From Mycobacterium phage prophiT36-1, in sequence record OQ417966.1: a stretch of 64,000 bases of DNA; one strand, written 5' to 3'. The position numbers and the translations under genes are program-made. Every line of letters begins with the position of its first letter. Position 1 is the stretch's first letter. This document shows positions 1 to 7,732 of the stretch, piece by piece. The notes below the pieces were generated by a model, which made no database searches, was not told where the DNA came from, and worked only from the letters and a program-made list of their open reading frames with translations.

Positions 1-28
1 AGGGGTTCGAGTCCCCTTAGCTCCACCA
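1..28 (+). tRNA. 3' end of a tRNA gene (T-arm GGGGTTCGAGTCCCC, acceptor 3' strand TAGCTCC, discriminator A, CCA); likely attL core of the prophage; 5' part lies off-window
   Basis: Canonical T-stem/loop (TTCGAGT loop) plus 7-nt acceptor strand plus ACCA read directly; an integrase gene follows 75 bp downstream. tRNA identity was not determined. Confidence 0.7.
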
Positions 29-58
29 TATGACCTGCGGAAACGCAGTCAGAAATGG

Positions 59-87
59 TTATCCAACATTTCATCCAACAATGTTGG
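59..87. promoter_or_regulatory. Direct repeat ATCCAACA x2 (61-68, 73-80) overlapping the palindrome CCAACAaTGTTGG (75-87); candidate integrase arm-type / regulatory sites between attL core and int
   Basis: Repeats read directly in the 75-bp tRNA-int spacer. Confidence 0.3.
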
Positions 88-102
88 CGTTAGGATGCCG
101 CC

Positions 103-1221
103 ATGGCGTCCATTCGAACCCGAACCCTCCGCAGCGGTGCCGAGGTGTTCGATGTGACCTATCGCCATGAGGGGCGGCAGCTTTCGATCACGTGGGAGGA
201 CCGTCCGAGTGCCGAGGCATTCATGGCTGCAGTCGCCGCTCACGGGCACCAGCGGGCATGCGAGCTCTATCAGCTGAGCCCGGTCGCCCGGCAGCGCAAT
301 GAGGCCAAGATGACGGTGGCGGAGTGGGTAAAGCACCACATCGATCACCTGACGGGCCTCGACGAGTACACGATCTACAAGTACAACTCTTTCCTGGAGA
401 ATGACATCGCTCCCTTGCTGGGGCAGATTCCTCTCGATGAACTGTCGGAAGAGGACATCTCGCGATGGGTCAAAAATCTGGAGGAGACGCCGACCAAACG
501 CGGGGGGAAGATCAGCGCGAAGACGCTCCGCAACAAGTATGGCTTCCTGTCTGGCGCGCTCAACGCTGCCGTGCCGAAACGCATCCCCAGCAACCCTGCT
601 GCGGGCCGCAAGCTAAAACGGGCGGGCGGCGATGAAGACGACGATCACGACATCCAGATGCTCACACACGAGCAGTTCGACCTTTTGCAGGACTCGACCA
701 CTGAATACTGGCGCGAATTCCAGGAGTTCCTCGTCGCGTCCGGATGCCGGTGGAGTGAGGCGACAGCCCTGCAGCCAGCCGAACACATCGACAAGCGCAA
801 GGGAACGGTCAAGATTCGTCAGGCGTGGAAGTACTCGCCTGGCAAGGGGTACTACCTCGGTCCTCCGAAGACGAAACGCTCACGGCGCGAAATCGACGTC
901 CCTGATCACATTCTCTCGCGAGTGGACTTTTCGAGTGAATGGATGTTCGTGAATCGTGATGGCGGGCCAATCCGGTATCACGGTTACAAGCGCCGCGTCT
1001 GGGATAAGGCTATCGGGCGCTCAGAATTGAATCCGAAACCAACACCGCACGATTTACGCCACACATGTGCCTCATGGCTGTTGTTGGCAGGTGTTCCGAT
1101 TACCGTGGTGTCCCGTCATCTGGGCCACGAGAATATCCAAATCACTGTTGACACATACGGAGACGTCGATCGGGCCAGTAGCAGGGCTGTCGCCGATTTC
1201 ATGAGTAAGACTCTCCGCTGA
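103..1221 (+). CDS. int: Tyrosine integrase (phage integrase family site-specific recombinase)
   Basis: C-terminal catalytic region HDLRHTCASWLLLAGVPITVVSRHLGHENIQITVDTYGDV (R..HxxR..Y) and position next to the tRNA. Confidence 0.95.
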   Translation: MASIRTRTLRSGAEVFDVTYRHEGRQLSITWEDRPSAEAFMAAVAAHGHQRACELYQLSPVARQRNEAKMTVAEWVKHHIDHLTGLDEYTIYKYNSFLENDIAPLLGQIPLDELSEEDISRWVKNLEETPTKRGGKISAKTLRNKYGFLSGALNAAVPKRIPSNPAAGRKLKRAGGDEDDDHDIQMLTHEQFDLLQDSTTEYWREFQEFLVASGCRWSEATALQPAEHIDKRKGTVKIRQAWKYSPGKGYYLGPPKTKRSRREIDVPDHILSRVDFSSEWMFVNRDGGPIRYHGYKRRVWDKAIGRSELNPKPTPHDLRHTCASWLLLAGVPITVVSRHLGHENIQITVDTYGDVDRASSRAVADFMSKTLR

Positions 1222-1335
1222 GACCAGATCGTTACCTAAATTCAAGGGTTTCGGTCGGATGACAGGGTGTAACGTTTTGTTCACTCCGGGGTGTGTCTAA
1301 CTTCTAATTCCTTTAATTCACAAAGGTTTTCGCTG

Positions 1336-2070
1336 ATGCCTGCTGCTCTAATCACGTTTACCCTCGTCGCGGTCTGTTGGTCTCTGTGGATCAGGCGCGT
1401 GACTTGGACCCGCCGTATGGAAGTCGCCGCCACCCTCAACATCGCGTTGCAGGGTGCGGCGATTTTTCTTATGTCCCCGTTGGCATCTCGAACACTAGGG
1501 GTTTGGTTGCACGCACCAACCGGGTGTTGGAACCTTGAGGATCTGATCGGCCACGATTGCTATGTTGTTGCAGCGTCGGCGCTTTGCTACCACATGATTA
1601 TCCGTTTGGATCAGGAGCAGTTGAAACGGCGGTTCAAGCTCCACGTGGAGCTGCCCGCGACCCTCTGTCTACCGATCATGCTGGCGTTGTTCACTATCGG
1701 TAACAGCGTCAAGATCTACCACGATGACTTCTTTCGCGTCGTTGCGGACCTTTCGCTCATCGCCTATTGGATCGTGCTTTGCGGAACACTGATGTACCTG
1801 CTGGGTTACAGCATCTACTCGCTGATACCGATGTGGCGGGACCGGCCGGCGATCCGTGGGCTATGTGGGTCTTACATGCTGGCCGCAGGGTTCGGCATGG
1901 CCGCGTGTGCGGTCAGGATCGCAACGACGTTCCTACCTGCTGAGATGCAAGATACTGCAGCGGCTTCGCTGCCGGTGTGGCTCCTTGCGTGCTCGTGCGG
2001 GTTCGGGTTCGCCGCAATCTCAGCTCACTCCTGGTTGGAGAAGGGTCGACTTACGGGGCGGGTGTATTAG
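1336..2070 (+). CDS. Polytopic integral membrane protein (about 6-7 TM helices), unknown function; sits between int and the repressor-like gene
   Basis: Long hydrophobic segments (LITFTLVAVCWSLWI, AATLNIALQGAAIFLM, LCLPIMLALFTIG, LIAYWIVLCGTLMYLLGYSIY, LAAGFGMAACAV, LPVWLLACSCGFGFAAI); start taken at the internal Met of ORF 1291-2070. Confidence 0.6.
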   Translation: MPAALITFTLVAVCWSLWIRRVTWTRRMEVAATLNIALQGAAIFLMSPLASRTLGVWLHAPTGCWNLEDLIGHDCYVVAASALCYHMIIRLDQEQLKRRFKLHVELPATLCLPIMLALFTIGNSVKIYHDDFFRVVADLSLIAYWIVLCGTLMYLLGYSIYSLIPMWRDRPAIRGLCGSYMLAAGFGMAACAVRIATTFLPAEMQDTAAASLPVWLLACSCGFGFAAISAHSWLEKGRLTGRVY

Positions 2071-2455
2071 GGCTGAAGGTGTCGGGGTGGATTGGCGTGC
2101 GTTTCGTCTTCTTGGCGGGCCGCGCCTTGGTCTCCGTGCGGCCCTGGGCTTTTGGGCTGACGGAGCCCCCGGTGAATCCGGGGAAGCCTGGTTGCGGCTC
2201 GGTGATGCCGAACTCTACGAGCAGATTGAAGTAGCCCTCGTCGCCTAGTTGGTAATGGGCGGCGATGAGTCGCAGTTCTTCGGCGTTCGGGAAGTCGTCA
2301 GCGTCTTTCCGGCCGGGGGTGCGCTTGTCGCCGCGGTATTGCCATGCGGTCAGTCCGGCTGCTTCGTGGACCTGGGTGACGGTGAGGTCGCTTCCGACTA
2401 TCTCGGCTTGCAGGAACGTTTTCAGGTCACGTCCTCTGCGGTCACTTCTCGGCAT
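2051..2455 (-). CDS. HTH DNA-binding protein, candidate immunity repressor (divergent from the Cro-like gene)
   Basis: HTH-like segment DLTVTQVHEAAGLTAWQY; divergent arrangement with an operator-bearing intergenic region; low-complexity C-terminal tail lowers confidence. Confidence 0.5.
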   Translation of the reverse strand: MPRSDRRGRDLKTFLQAEIVGSDLTVTQVHEAAGLTAWQYRGDKRTPGRKDADDFPNAEELRLIAAHYQLGDEGYFNLLVEFGITEPQPGFPGFTGGSVSPKAQGRTETKARPAKKTKRTPIHPDTFSPNTPAP

Positions 2456-2592
2456 ACCGGAATGCTATCCCGGATTTCCGGAACCCGTCAAAGTTTCGTG
2501 ACATGCGGAAACGTACCGACTGAACGCGACACGATTCCGGATTTCCGGAATGTAATGCCGGAATTCCGATATGCGGTGCTACTGTTCCTGAC
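2455..2592. promoter_or_regulatory. Divergent promoter/operator region: two copies of TTCCGGATTTCCGGAA (about 2468-2483 and 2535-2550), a palindromic GCCGGAATTCCG (about 2557-2568) and a CCGGAA half-site at about 2457
   Basis: Repeated or palindromic motifs read directly between the divergent HTH genes. Confidence 0.55.
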
Positions 2593-2868
2593 GTGAGCTA
2601 CGGACTGGAATGGCAGCCGCAGGGTGTGCGGAACACCTTGGCCACCAACAACATTGAGACTGTCGCTGAACTAGCGAGATTCCTTGGCGTCGGATCATCG
2701 ACCGTCTATGACGCGTTCGACCGCAACTGGGCGGGACGGGCGACGCCGACGCTGATCGATGCCATGTGCCAGAAGTTCGGCATTCCCATGAGCCAGATCG
2801 TCGTCGAACCGATGACAAAGGCCCGGCCGAAGCAGATCCGGGCGCGGCGGGCGGTGACTGTCGTATGA
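2593..2868 (+). CDS. Cro/XRE-like helix-turn-helix transcriptional regulator
   Basis: HTH motif IETVAELARFLGVGSSTVYDAF; 91 aa; divergent from the repressor-like gene. Confidence 0.75.
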   Translation: MSYGLEWQPQGVRNTLATNNIETVAELARFLGVGSSTVYDAFDRNWAGRATPTLIDAMCQKFGIPMSQIVVEPMTKARPKQIRARRAVTVV

Positions 2869-3155
2869 GCGCGCGCATTGAGACGTACTCATTGGCGCAG
2901 GTTGTGGCTGACGTGCTGCCCGAGGAATGGACAGATGGTGAGCGCTGGTTGCGGCGACGACTGAATCGCGGCGAGATCGAGGGCTACAGGGTCGGCCGTG
3001 AGTGGCGATTCACGAAGGCCCAAGTTGATGCGCTGATCGCGCACTTCACTAACGCCAAGACGGAGGTGGTCGCGCCCGCGGAAGATACCGAGTCCGAGGC
3101 GCCGCTGGCGCTCGGTCTCTCCGCGCGATCACGTCGACGGCTGGTGAACGCATGA
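2865..3155 (+). CDS. Excisionase-family HTH DNA-binding protein (Xis-like)
   Basis: SLAQVADVL...GEIEGYRVGREWRFTKAQVDALI matches the excisionase/MerR-like wHTH pattern; ATGA start-stop overlap with the upstream gene. Confidence 0.65.
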   Translation: MSARIETYSLAQVVADVLPEEWTDGERWLRRRLNRGEIEGYRVGREWRFTKAQVDALIAHFTNAKTEVVAPAEDTESEAPLALGLSARSRRRLVNA

Positions 3156-3529
3156 CCGCCCGCCCGGAAACGCTCGAGGCAGCATTGGCGGCACTCGACC
3201 GCGTGAGCGCCGATCGCGATCGGCTGCTGCAGAAGTTGGACGCCGAGCCGGATTCGAAGAAGCTCGCGGGTGAGCTGATCTCAATGATCGGTACCTACTA
3301 CAACGCTGCCAACAGCGGTGATCAGCGGGTGCTGATTCTGAATCTCGGTCAACTGCTGCGGCAGTCCGGCGCGCTCATCGATGCGTTGACGACCGAGCTC
3401 AAGCACTGCGCCGACGCCGAGTGCGCGGCGCGCGATGAGCGCGACGCGCTGCAGGAGCGGGTCGCGGAGCTTTCCGACGAAGTCGCGGATCTGCGGGTGC
3501 GTGAGTGCGCCAGATCGGTGTCGCTGTGA
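3152..3529 (+). CDS. hypothetical protein (early gene, coiled-coil-like)
   Basis: ATGA coupling to upstream gene; protein-like composition. Confidence 0.5.
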   Translation: MTARPETLEAALAALDRVSADRDRLLQKLDAEPDSKKLAGELISMIGTYYNAANSGDQRVLILNLGQLLRQSGALIDALTTELKHCADAECAARDERDALQERVAELSDEVADLRVRECARSVSL

Positions 3530-3789
3530 TCGCGGCGGATAGCGCTCTGGGAATCGTATTCGGCTTGGCTGTCGAGTTCCTGCGTGGCGCAGCGTCTTCC
3601 ACGGCAACGGTATGTCAGCGGCTGGCTGAGCAGCGCGGCGGCCCCGTGGAGGTGTCGCACGCCGACCTGGAGTCGCATGTCTACTCCAGCCTGGCTGGGC
3701 CGGGTGGATTGAGTTCCTCCGTCGCCGAGGCATTCGCGGAATGTGTCGCCGCTGACCTGCTGGATGAGTACCGCATCACCAAGAAGTAG
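3505..3789 (+). CDS. hypothetical protein (start uncertain)
   Basis: ORF in the + gene array; an internal GTG start is possible. Confidence 0.35.
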   Translation: MRQIGVAVIAADSALGIVFGLAVEFLRGAASSTATVCQRLAEQRGGPVEVSHADLESHVYSSLAGPGGLSSSVAEAFAECVAADLLDEYRITKK

Positions 3790-3819
3790 GCCCCGCTGCT
3801 GGAACAGCGGGGCCAGGCA

Positions 3820-4131
3820 ATGGATCACAACGACGAAAGGAACCCAATGCCAACCATGGAGTCTACCCACGAGATCAAGGAACGCGAGGACGGCGCACTG
3901 GTCGCGTACGTCGAGCGGGCGCTGGGGCCGAGTCAGGTGGGTGTTGCGTTGCCGCACCCGGCCGGTGATGGACGGCTGATGATCCTGTGGGACGAGCAGG
4001 CCCAGAGTGTGGAATTCTCGGCGCACGCTGCCGGTTCACGTTGCGACGAGAAGGCGCGGGAAGCCGCCCGCCAGCTGCTCGAATTTCACGCTGCAATCAT
4101 CGCGCGTCTTGTTGCGGCGGTGGAGAAGTGA
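3820..4131 (+). CDS. hypothetical protein
   Basis: ORF with upstream purine-rich stretch; coupled to the next gene. Confidence 0.5.
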   Translation: MDHNDERNPMPTMESTHEIKEREDGALVAYVERALGPSQVGVALPHPAGDGRLMILWDEQAQSVEFSAHAAGSRCDEKAREAARQLLEFHAAIIARLVAAVEK

Positions 4132-4517
4132 GCGCCACGGCAGTGCGGCGCGTTCTGATCGGGATGCTCACGGGCGCGGTGCTGGCAATGGCTGCGGTCG
4201 GGTACGCCCAGCGCGCGCATGCCGCACCGAACGACGGCTGCGAGACAGTGAGCTGGGGCCTGTTCGGCAGCCAGTTGCGAACGATCTGCGACGGCCCGAA
4301 ACGCCCTGACGGCAGTTGGATTCGGGAGCGCCGGATTTGGACGGCCGCCGGCTGGGTGCGGGGCAGCACCTACTGCGGCTACTACTCGTGCACTCGCGGC
4401 GAGGGCTACTACCGCCAGGAAAGCACGCAGGGCTACGAGAAGTACCTGGTGTTCGAATACAACGTGGTTCCCGGTGAGCCGGATTGGCTGCCGGCTGGAA
4501 CGGTGGTCGTCCGGTGA
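4128..4517 (+). CDS. Small secreted Cys-containing protein (signal peptide ...AMAAVGYAQRAHA-A)
   Basis: GTGA start overlap; N-terminal signal peptide; Cys in a CE..ICDG..YCGYYSCTRG pattern. Confidence 0.55.
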   Translation: MSATAVRRVLIGMLTGAVLAMAAVGYAQRAHAAPNDGCETVSWGLFGSQLRTICDGPKRPDGSWIRERRIWTAAGWVRGSTYCGYYSCTRGEGYYRQESTQGYEKYLVFEYNVVPGEPDWLPAGTVVVR

Positions 4518-4771
4518 CGGCGCTGCAGCCGGTTTGGACACCGGACGATTTCGATGACACCTGCGCTGCGGTGGCTCTGCAGGAGCCGGTGATGCTGCCG
4601 GTGCAGAACCGGGCGCAACTGCTGGACAAGGTGTTGGCGGAGCTGCAGATCGAGGTCGAGCGCCCCTCTGTGGTGCCGCCCGCGACCAGGGGACGTCGGT
4701 ACCGAGGGCAGCACCGCGCCAACAAGTTCCGCCTGACCGTCGCGGATCTTCGGGACGGCGGTGCCCGATGA
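4514..4771 (+). CDS. hypothetical protein
   Basis: GTGA overlap coupling. Confidence 0.45.
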   Translation: MTALQPVWTPDDFDDTCAAVALQEPVMLPVQNRAQLLDKVLAELQIEVERPSVVPPATRGRRYRGQHRANKFRLTVADLRDGGAR

Positions 4772-5055
4772 GCGGGGAACCTATTGGCGAGGTTGAACTC
4801 AGCAGCGGCGCCGTCTACGTCTGGGTCAGCTTGGACTCGGGCAAGACGATCATGCGTATCAGCGACCGGCATGGCCGAAGTGATGCCGGGGCAATGAGGC
4901 CGGACGAGATCGCGAAAGTCGTTGAGCTGCTGGAGCGGGCTCGGCAGGTTGCGCCTGCAATCCTGGCCGCTCACAAGGTGCGCCAGCGCGCCGTCATGAC
5001 TGCCGAAGCCACGTACGAGCGGATCGTGGCGAGAGCAGTAGGCGGTGCTCGGTGA
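4768..5055 (+). CDS. hypothetical protein
   Basis: ATGA overlap coupling. Confidence 0.5.
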   Translation: MSGEPIGEVELSSGAVYVWVSLDSGKTIMRISDRHGRSDAGAMRPDEIAKVVELLERARQVAPAILAAHKVRQRAVMTAEATYERIVARAVGGAR

Positions 5056-5324
5056 GGCGGCCAGGGGTGGATCAGTCGTACGAAACCGACCTCGATCGTG
5101 TGGCTGAGGATGCGCTCGACCTTGTCGAAAGGCTTCGTGAGGACGATCCACGCCGGGTGTTTGAGCAGCTTCGGCTCCTGGCAGAGCTGCACCCGGCCAA
5201 GTATGCGCAGATCACTATGACGCTCGCGGCGTTCGTCAATCCCGACGAGGGCACGGTTGCGTTACAGCGCCGGGTCGACGCCATCGCAGAAAACCGCGCT
5301 CGCCTCTCGGTGTTGGCGTCATGA
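5052..5324 (+). CDS. hypothetical protein
   Basis: GTGA overlap coupling. Confidence 0.45.
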   Translation: MRRPGVDQSYETDLDRVAEDALDLVERLREDDPRRVFEQLRLLAELHPAKYAQITMTLAAFVNPDEGTVALQRRVDAIAENRARLSVLAS

Positions 5325-5506
5325 CGCGCGCACTGGCGGTCGCCGCCTGGGTGTTCGGGCTGGTGGCGTGGGCCGCACTCGTCATGTTCTGCATCGAACT
5401 GTTTGCGGTCGCCCTGTTGCTTTGCGCCGCATCGATCTTGCTGTGGGGCTTCCGGCTTTACCCGGACCCTGCCGACCAATCAGAAGAGACAGGGGTGAAC
5501 CAGTGA
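5321..5506 (+). CDS. Small membrane protein (2 TM)
   Basis: ATGA overlap; hydrophobic ALAVAAWVFGLVAWAALVMFCIELFAVALLLCAASILLWGF. Confidence 0.5.
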   Translation: MTRALAVAAWVFGLVAWAALVMFCIELFAVALLLCAASILLWGFRLYPDPADQSEETGVNQ

Positions 5507-5658
5507 TGGCGTACGAGTTCGAGGCCGAGGAGTGGCGCGCTGCCACGCACACGATGACGGAAATGGAGCGCGCCGCAGCAGATGTCGCGCGACGCGGAGC
5601 GCTCGGCATGGCCGGTGACCGCACCGACGCTCTCGACGAAGTGAGGAGCTACCAGTGA
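5506..5658 (+). CDS. hypothetical small protein (50 aa)
   Basis: In-frame ATG overlapping the upstream stop (GTGATG); coupled to the next gene. Confidence 0.35.
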   Translation: MAYEFEAEEWRAATHTMTEMERAAADVARRGALGMAGDRTDALDEVRSYQ

Positions 5659-6662
5659 CCGATACCCCGTTTTGGGCCAACTATGCCGAGATGGCTGGCG
5701 ACTACAAGGATCGTGACGAGTGGCTTGAGTTGCGGCGCACTGGTATCGGTTCGTCGGACTGCTCAGCAGTTCTCGGGATGGGCAAGTACGGTTCGCCGTT
5801 CTCCGTATGGGTGGAGAAGACAGGCCGAGCCCGCCCGGAGGACGAGACCGAGGCGATGATGTGGGGCACGCTGCTGGAGCCCGTCATTCGCGAGGAGTTG
5901 GCTCGCCGCCTCAACGTGGAAATCGTTGAGTGCAAGACGCTTCGGTCGTTGGTGCGGCCCTGGCAGCTGTACAACCCGGACGGTCTGATCCTCTCGCTCA
6001 ACGCCCTCGTAGAGATCAAAAATGCGTCGGCGTGGCTGGCATCTGACTGGGAAGACCAGGTGCCAGATCACGCGGAACTGCAGGTGCAGCACGGGATGGC
6101 GGTCACGGGCGCTGACGGGGCTTACGTGGCCGGCCTGGTGGGTGGAAACCGGTTGCGCTGGGAGTACATCCCGCGTGATGAGGACCTGATCGCGACGATC
6201 AATCAGGCCGAGCAGCACTTATGGGAGACGTACATCATCCCCGATGTCGCACCGCCGATCGACGGTTCGGACGCAACCGCGGAGGCCATCGCCGCACGCT
6301 GGCCGCGGCAGCCGGGAGTGGAGCTGATCGCAGAAGACCCCGCCTCGGTTGCCGATGCCGTCTCGGCCTATCGCTGCGCCCTCGCGCAGGAGAAGGCGTC
6401 GAAGGTGGCCAAAGCAGAAGCGGTGAACCGGTTAGCTGCGCTACTGCAGGGCGCTGACCTGCTCACCGATGAGGTGGGCAACAAACTGGTCGCACTCAAA
6501 CGAGGCCAGTTCCGAGAGAAGGAATTCCGCGCCGAGGAGCCTGACGCGGACCTGTGGCTCCACAAGGTCGAGGTCGTCGACCGCGACCTCCTCAAGTCCG
6601 AAAACCCCGAGCTATATCGGCGTTTTCAATCCACATCCATCTACATACCGAAAGGGAAATAA
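5655..6662 (+). CDS. YqaJ/lambda-exo-like recombination exonuclease (RecE-like, PD-(D/E)XK)
   Basis: GIGSSDCSAVLG...PFSVW...EIKN motifs of the YqaJ viral recombinase exonuclease domain; immediately upstream of recT. Confidence 0.8.
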   Translation: MTDTPFWANYAEMAGDYKDRDEWLELRRTGIGSSDCSAVLGMGKYGSPFSVWVEKTGRARPEDETEAMMWGTLLEPVIREELARRLNVEIVECKTLRSLVRPWQLYNPDGLILSLNALVEIKNASAWLASDWEDQVPDHAELQVQHGMAVTGADGAYVAGLVGGNRLRWEYIPRDEDLIATINQAEQHLWETYIIPDVAPPIDGSDATAEAIAARWPRQPGVELIAEDPASVADAVSAYRCALAQEKASKVAKAEAVNRLAALLQGADLLTDEVGNKLVALKRGQFREKEFRAEEPDADLWLHKVEVVDRDLLKSENPELYRRFQSTSIYIPKGK

Positions 6663-6667
6663 CCACC

Positions 6668-7732
6668 ATGGCAAGAGATCTGGCACGACGCGCACAGCAG
6701 TCGGTCGCCCAGCAGGGCGGCGGCGAGTCACTACAGACTCAGCTCGCGAAGATGGAGACGCAGTTTCAACGGGCCATGCCGCGAGGAGTGGAAGCCGTAC
6801 AGCTGATCCGCGACGTGATGACGTGTGTGAAGCAGACGCCGAAGCTGGCAGAGTGCGACCCGGTATCTGTGTTGGGTTCTGCGATGACATGCGCACAGCT
6901 AGGTTTGCGCCCGGGTGTGGGTGCATTGGGCCACGCGTGGATCTTGCCTTTCTGGGACAGCAAGACTCGCGGCCAAAAGGCCCAACTGATCATCGGATAC
7001 AAGGGCTACGTCGAGCTCGGTCACCGCTCCGAGCAGATCGCGTCACTGCACTCGCGGATCGTGTACAGCAACGATCAGTTCGAGGTCGAATACGGTGCGG
7101 CCGAGGATAAATGGGTGCACCGCCCGAACCTGGACGGCCCACGGGGAGATGCCCGCCTGTTCTACGCGGTTGGGCGTCTAGCCAACGGCGGTTACTCGCT
7201 GACCGACCCGATGACGGTCGCGGACATGGAGGAACATCGAGACAAGTTCGCCATGGCCAAGACCCGCGAAGGCAAGATCATCGGTCCGTGGTCGGATCAT
7301 TTCGACGCCATGGGCAAAAAGACGATGCTGTTGCGGCTGATGGCGTTGATGCCGAAGTCGACGGAGATCCAGCGGGCCATCGACAACGACGGCAGTGTGC
7401 GCCTGGATCTTTCTGAGGGTGCGATCGACAGCCCGACCCATATCGACGGTGAGGTTGTCGGTGAGCCGGTGGACGAACCGACACCCGAGCGGGAGTCAAT
7501 CGATGTTCGCGGCCCAGTCGAGGACGTCATGATGGCGACGGGTCAGCAGCTGGCCCGGCTGGCGCAGATCCGGAAAGAGCAGGGCTTCGGCGGTGACGAT
7601 TCCGGCTGGTTCGACTACGTGCTGTCGGCTACCCAGGCACGGGTCAGCCGGGATCAGGATCTCACACAGGAACAGGCGCAGGCGTTGATCGACCTCTTCA
7701 ACGACGACGTGAAGCAGGAGGCCGGCAAGTGA
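6668..7732 (+). CDS. recT: RecT-family single-strand annealing recombinase
   Basis: RecT-like core (LGLRPGVGALGHAWILPF...IIGYKGYVEL...YSNDQFEVEYG); purine-rich upstream stretch gaaagggaaataacc. Confidence 0.85.
   Translation: MARDLARRAQQSVAQQGGGESLQTQLAKMETQFQRAMPRGVEAVQLIRDVMTCVKQTPKLAECDPVSVLGSAMTCAQLGLRPGVGALGHAWILPFWDSKTRGQKAQLIIGYKGYVELGHRSEQIASLHSRIVYSNDQFEVEYGAAEDKWVHRPNLDGPRGDARLFYAVGRLANGGYSLTDPMTVADMEEHRDKFAMAKTREGKIIGPWSDHFDAMGKKTMLLRLMALMPKSTEIQRAIDNDGSVRLDLSEGAIDSPTHIDGEVVGEPVDEPTPERESIDVRGPVEDVMMATGQQLARLAQIRKEQGFGGDDSGWFDYVLSATQARVSRDQDLTQEQAQALIDLFNDDVKQEAGK

Noticed and set aside
54-66. DnaA-box-like TTATCCAACA near the tRNA
   Set aside because: An extra A breaks the 9-mer consensus. 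It is better explained as part of the ATCCAACA direct repeat / att arm sites.
3349-5151. Long minus-strand ORFs (3349-4026, 4168-5151 and others) opposite the early gene array
   Set aside because: Arg/Pro/Ser-rich, low-complexity translations typical of antisense frames in high-GC DNA. The plus strand carries a tight array of start/stop-coupled genes, several with recognisable products.
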